DNA of 64,000 nt from NCBI GenBank assembly GCA_002329295.1, contig DCTT01000018.1:8866-72865 (forward strand). Reading direction: 5' to 3'. How positions within the stretch are numbered: position 1 is the first letter of the stretch; the number at the start of each line of letters is the position of its first letter. Under the pieces are notes generated by a model that was not told the DNA's origin, searched no databases, and was given only the letters and a program-made list of their open reading frames with translations. The stretch is from Eubacteriaceae bacterium UBA1433. GTDB lineage: Bacteria; Bacillota; Clostridia; Eubacteriales; UBA1433. Of this stretch, positions 60,616 through 64,000 are shown piece by piece. Both the position numbers and the translations under genes were made by a program.

Positions 60616-61974
60616 TTGTCGATTTTTGAAAGTCTGCAGCAGTATTATGACACGATTCGTTTTCATATGCCCGGACATAAGGGAAGGGAGTTGCACGAGC
60701 CCTATGGGGTATCAAAAGCGGATTTGACCGAACTGGCGCAAACAGATTGTCTTCACAGACCGAGTGGTATGATAGATCAGGCACAGCGTCGCATTGCGCA
60801 AATTTATGGTGTGGACAAGAGCAGGATGCTCATCAACGGCAGCAGTGCGGGGTTGTTGGCGGCGATTTTATCGGGGTTTTCTCCGAAAGAAAAAGTGTTG
60901 TTGCCTCGCGGCAGTCATTTGTCAATTTATCATGGACTTATGTTGCAAGAGATGGAACCTGTTTATATTTATCCCGACGCCGAAATGTGGGCTGAAGCGT
61001 ATACCGTTACGATGGAAGATATTCTTACTGCAGAAAAAGAGCATTCACTGGCAGGATTGATTTTGACGTATCCTACCTATTTAGGCACCTGTGCAGATAT
61101 AAAAAAAATAGTCGGGTGGGCAAAGAACAATAACAAGATATGTATCGTGGACGAGGCGCACGGAGCGCATTTGGCTTTTTGTGAGGATTATCCTGTGGCG
61201 GCGGAGCGTGTTGGAGCGGACATTGTAGTGCAAAGCACCCATAAAATGTTGTCATCTTTGACGCAAAGCGCAATGCTTCATGTGGCGCAAAGGCGTGTAG
61301 ATATAGAGAAACTGGATATGTATTTGAGATTGTTTCAATCCAGCAGCCCTTCTTATTTGTTGTTGGCATCTTTGGAAGCGGCAGTGAATTATGCGGAGAA
61401 AAACGCAAAGAAAATTTTTGAAAAAATAGCATCGGCGCGAAAAGAGTTTGCAGAGGCATTTGCCGACGGAAAATATTTTCTTTGGCAACCGCAAACGCAG
61501 TATGATTATGCCAAATGGGTTATTGGAATAAAAAACACAGATCTGAGCGGTACAGAAATTCAACGTCAGCTTTCGCTGAAAAAAATCGAAGCGGAATACG
61601 CTGCGGATGAGTTTGTATTGGCTTATTGTGGTATTGGGACGACAAAAGATGATATAATAAATCTGATAAGAGCGCTTAATGAAGTACAACCGATTCAAAA
61701 AAAGAATGTCGACAAAGCAAAGCGAACTTGCCTGCCTGCCAAAGCGCAGATGTCTATGAAGGAGGCGGCGGGGCAACGGACGGAGTATCTTTTCGTTCGA
61801 GAGGCTGTGGGTCGCATAGCAGCTGATTTTGTCGTACCTTATCCTCCCGGGATTCCGCTTTTGGTGCCGGGCGAAATGATCAGTGAAGAAATTGCGCAGG
61901 TGATTTTGGAGAACATAGAAAGTAAGAAAACAATGATAGGTATACAAAACAGTGCAATGAAAGTTGTTTTATAA
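60616..61974 (+). CDS. Orn/Lys/Arg decarboxylase family PLP enzyme (YaaO-like)
   Basis: FHMPGHKG N-terminus and the STHKML PLP lysine. It sits upstream of tmk, like B. subtilis yaaO. TTG start. Confidence 0.82.
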   Translation: MSIFESLQQYYDTIRFHMPGHKGRELHEPYGVSKADLTELAQTDCLHRPSGMIDQAQRRIAQIYGVDKSRMLINGSSAGLLAAILSGFSPKEKVLLPRGSHLSIYHGLMLQEMEPVYIYPDAEMWAEAYTVTMEDILTAEKEHSLAGLILTYPTYLGTCADIKKIVGWAKNNNKICIVDEAHGAHLAFCEDYPVAAERVGADIVVQSTHKMLSSLTQSAMLHVAQRRVDIEKLDMYLRLFQSSSPSYLLLASLEAAVNYAEKNAKKIFEKIASARKEFAEAFADGKYFLWQPQTQYDYAKWVIGIKNTDLSGTEIQRQLSLKKIEAEYAADEFVLAYCGIGTTKDDIINLIRALNEVQPIQKKNVDKAKRTCLPAKAQMSMKEAAGQRTEYLFVREAVGRIAADFVVPYPPGIPLLVPGEMISEEIAQVILENIESKKTMIGIQNSAMKVVL

Positions 61975-61983
61975 GGGGAAAAC

Positions 61984-62670
61984 ATGGCAAAAGGTAAAAT
62001 GATTGTCTTTGAAGGACTTGACGGAAGCGGAAAACAAACACAAAGCGAACTTTTTTATCAAAAGTTGATCGGCATGAACAAAAAAGTCATGAAAATATCC
62101 TATCCGCGCTATGACAATGCTTCTTCGTCGTTGGTAAAGATGTATCTGGCGGGAGAATTCGGTACAGATCCGGCGGCAGTAAACGCCTATGCGGCATCTA
62201 CATTTTTTGCGGTGGACAGATATGCTTCGTATAAACAAGATTATGAGAAATTTTACAAGGATGGCGGTTTTATCATCGCGGACAGATACACCACATCCAA
62301 TATGTTGCATCAAGGGTCAAAAATAGATGACAGCACGGAGCGGGGGAAATTTTTGGAATGGCTGTGGCAGTTGGAATTTGTTTTGTATGGCCTGCCGGTG
62401 CCTGATTATGTGTTTTTTTTGGATATGTCGTTGAAAGGGACGAAAAAATTAACAAACAAAAGGGTGAACAAGATAACCGGCGGTGAAAAAAAAGACATTC
62501 ATGAAGCCAGCGAAAATCATTTAACAAGAGCTTATGAAATTGCCGACGAACTTATAGAGCGATATGGATGGATCCGTATTGCCTGTATGCGGGAAAAAAC
62601 CATTCGTGATATAGAGGACATAGGCAGAGAATTGATGGAAATATTTATCGAGAAAGAAGGCAAAATATGA
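61984..62670 (+). CDS. tmk: dTMP (thymidylate) kinase
   Basis: FEGLDGSGKQTQ P-loop and DRY motif. Confidence 0.9.
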   Translation: MAKGKMIVFEGLDGSGKQTQSELFYQKLIGMNKKVMKISYPRYDNASSSLVKMYLAGEFGTDPAAVNAYAASTFFAVDRYASYKQDYEKFYKDGGFIIADRYTTSNMLHQGSKIDDSTERGKFLEWLWQLEFVLYGLPVPDYVFFLDMSLKGTKKLTNKRVNKITGGEKKDIHEASENHLTRAYEIADELIERYGWIRIACMREKTIRDIEDIGRELMEIFIEKEGKI

Positions 62671-62996
62671 AATTGATGATGGCAGTGGTACAAAAGGATG
62701 ATGCATCAATGCTTTCTTCAGCTTTGATTGAAAAGGGGTTTTCGGTGACAAAGCTTTCCACGACGGGAGGATTTTTGACTACGGGAAACACCACCTTGTT
62801 AATAGGCGTTGATGATGACAAAGTGGAAAAAGTGAAAGAAATTATCAAATCAATTTGCCGGACGCGAGAGCAAATTATTTCTACGCCAATGTCGTATTCT
62901 TATCTGGAAGGCAGCGGCGTTTCTTGTGATGTAAATGTTAAAGTGGGCGGTGCAACGGTGTTTGTACTCAATGTGGAAGAATTTGAGAAATTGTAG
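62667..62996 (+). CDS. darA: Cyclic-di-AMP receptor, PII-like (DarA/PstA/YaaQ)
   Basis: 109 aa. MKL..AVVQ.DD...L..AL...GF..TKLSTTGGFL..GNTTLLIGV. Confidence 0.85.
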   Translation: MKLMMAVVQKDDASMLSSALIEKGFSVTKLSTTGGFLTTGNTTLLIGVDDDKVEKVKEIIKSICRTREQIISTPMSYSYLEGSGVSCDVNVKVGGATVFVLNVEEFEKL

Positions 62997-63002
62997 GCAA
63001 AA

Positions 63003-63851
63003 ATGTTTGAGGAATTGAGAATTGCGGAACCAATTAAATACGCGCTGAGCAAAGCGGTGTCGGAAAAAAAGATATCTCATGCTTATTTATTTTACGGCGG
63101 GGACGAACAAACCGTTGAAAAGGTCGCATGGGCATTTGCAGCTGGCTGTGTTTGTACGAGCGAGCAACCGCCTTGCGGTGTTTGTGCACATTGCCGAAAA
63201 GCTGCCCAAAAAGCGCATGCGGATATTATTGTACTTCGTTCGGATGAGGCAAGCATTAAAATCAGTCATATCCGGCAAATGCAGTATGAAATCAGTTTGA
63301 TGCCCTATGAAGCCGAAAAGAAAGTGTATATTGTTTATCAAGCGGACAGCATGCAAAAACCGGCGCAAAACAGTTTGCTCAAACTCTTGGAAGAACCCAA
63401 TGAATATGCTATAATTATATTGCTGGCGCAATCAAAGAGCGGATTTTATCCAACCGTCTTATCGAGATGTCAGGTGTATGATTTTGGCCCCGCGGCCATG
63501 GATGTACACACTCGGCAACTGACGGTATCTTTTTTTGAAAGCATTTTACAGGGCGATATGAAAGACAGTCTTGCCAAAAGCGCAACGCTTGCCGGTGAAG
63601 ACTTAGATCAAGTGACAAAATGTATTGTGTCATTTTTGCGCGATGCGTTGTTATATCAAAAACAGCAAGGCAATGTGTCGACCTTGCTTATAAACAGTGA
63701 AAACGAAAAATTGATTCATAAAATAGCACGCCGTTATGGAGGCGAACAAATACAAAAAACGCTTGATTTTATTTTTGACAGCCGGTTGAGTACATCGACA
63801 AACAGCCAGTTGTTTATGCAGGCGGTATATTGTTTATTGAGTGCAAGATAG
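63003..63851 (+). CDS. holB: DNA polymerase III subunit delta'
   Basis: ISHAYLFYG, Zn module CGVCAHC, SLLKLLEEP. Confidence 0.88.
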   Translation: MFEELRIAEPIKYALSKAVSEKKISHAYLFYGGDEQTVEKVAWAFAAGCVCTSEQPPCGVCAHCRKAAQKAHADIIVLRSDEASIKISHIRQMQYEISLMPYEAEKKVYIVYQADSMQKPAQNSLLKLLEEPNEYAIIILLAQSKSGFYPTVLSRCQVYDFGPAAMDVHTRQLTVSFFESILQGDMKDSLAKSATLAGEDLDQVTKCIVSFLRDALLYQKQQGNVSTLLINSENEKLIHKIARRYGGEQIQKTLDFIFDSRLSTSTNSQLFMQAVYCLLSAR

Positions 63852-63859
63852 GAGAGAAC

Positions 63860-64000
63860 ATGCATAAGGTAGTTGGAATAAAATTTAAAGCAACAGGAAA
63901 AATATATTATTTTGATCCGATGCAGGTTTTTTTGTGCAAAGGAGATTTTGCCATTGTGGAAACAGCACGTGGCGTGGAATATGGAGAGGCGGTAACGGAT
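63860..64000 (+). CDS. ricT: PSP1 domain protein RicT/YaaT (5' part, truncated by the window end)
   Basis: MHKVVGIKFKATGKIYYFDP...GDFAIVETARGVEYGE. GGAGAG ribosome-binding site. Confidence 0.85.
   Translation, partial: MHKVVGIKFKATGKIYYFDPMQVFLCKGDFAIVETARGVEYGEAVTD

Overview
This looks like a chromosomal, mostly core-metabolism segment of a low-GC anaerobic Firmicute (Clostridia-like). The signs are rubredoxin, a FeoB-associated Cys-rich peptide, DUF4358 and AGGAGG-type ribosome-binding sites. About 85% is coding and most genes are on the + strand. Left to right: ruvA-ruvB-queA, an aspartate aminotransferase, purB, an isocitrate/isopropylmalate dehydrogenase-family gene, and a large class A PBP (-). 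Then a YebC-family regulator, a split ChrA pair, trmK (-), and a four-gene envelope/stress operon on the - strand (XpaC-like, TelA, LemA-like, TPM). Next come a CydD/CydC-like ABC exporter pair, rluA-family/recU/rnhA, a DtxR-family repressor divergent from feoA-feoA-feoB, and an orphan BMP lipoprotein. The glycolytic operon gap-pgk-tpiA-gpmI-eno follows, then two tandem CtBP-like D-2-hydroxyacid dehydrogenase paralogs plus a CoA-transferase, three small proteins, serC-serA, an FMN glutamate-synthase-domain-2-like protein and a FAH-family gene (-). A nine-gene pyrimidine operon (pyrB-I-C-F-K-D-E-carA-carB) runs without terminators into pepV-asnS-rubredoxin. The window ends with trxA (-) and the cluster yaaO-like decarboxylase-tmk-darA-holB-ricT, which is origin-proximal in Bacillus. 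I found no rRNA, tRNA, CRISPR array, transposase, integrase, phage gene or recognisable defence island, so this is an ordinary region rather than an accessory island. The observations most worth a second look are these. (1) A palindrome A-GTTAG-N6-CTAAC-T occurs five times, only at the feo locus and the ABC-exporter promoter, suggesting a regulon of the adjacent DtxR-type repressor. (2) An XpaC/TelA pair and a LemA/TPM pair are fused into one operon. (3) The tandem dehydrogenase paralogs have a mosaic, gene-conversion-like identity pattern. (4) An orphan Cys-cluster GltS-like flavoprotein lies downstream of serCA. (5) Several real or candidate genes fall below the 60-aa ORF-track cutoff (rubredoxin, a 59-aa protein with its own terminator, and 44-aa and 57-aa candidates). 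(6) trmK looks leaderless. All functional calls come from reading the translations and motifs by eye; no database search was run.
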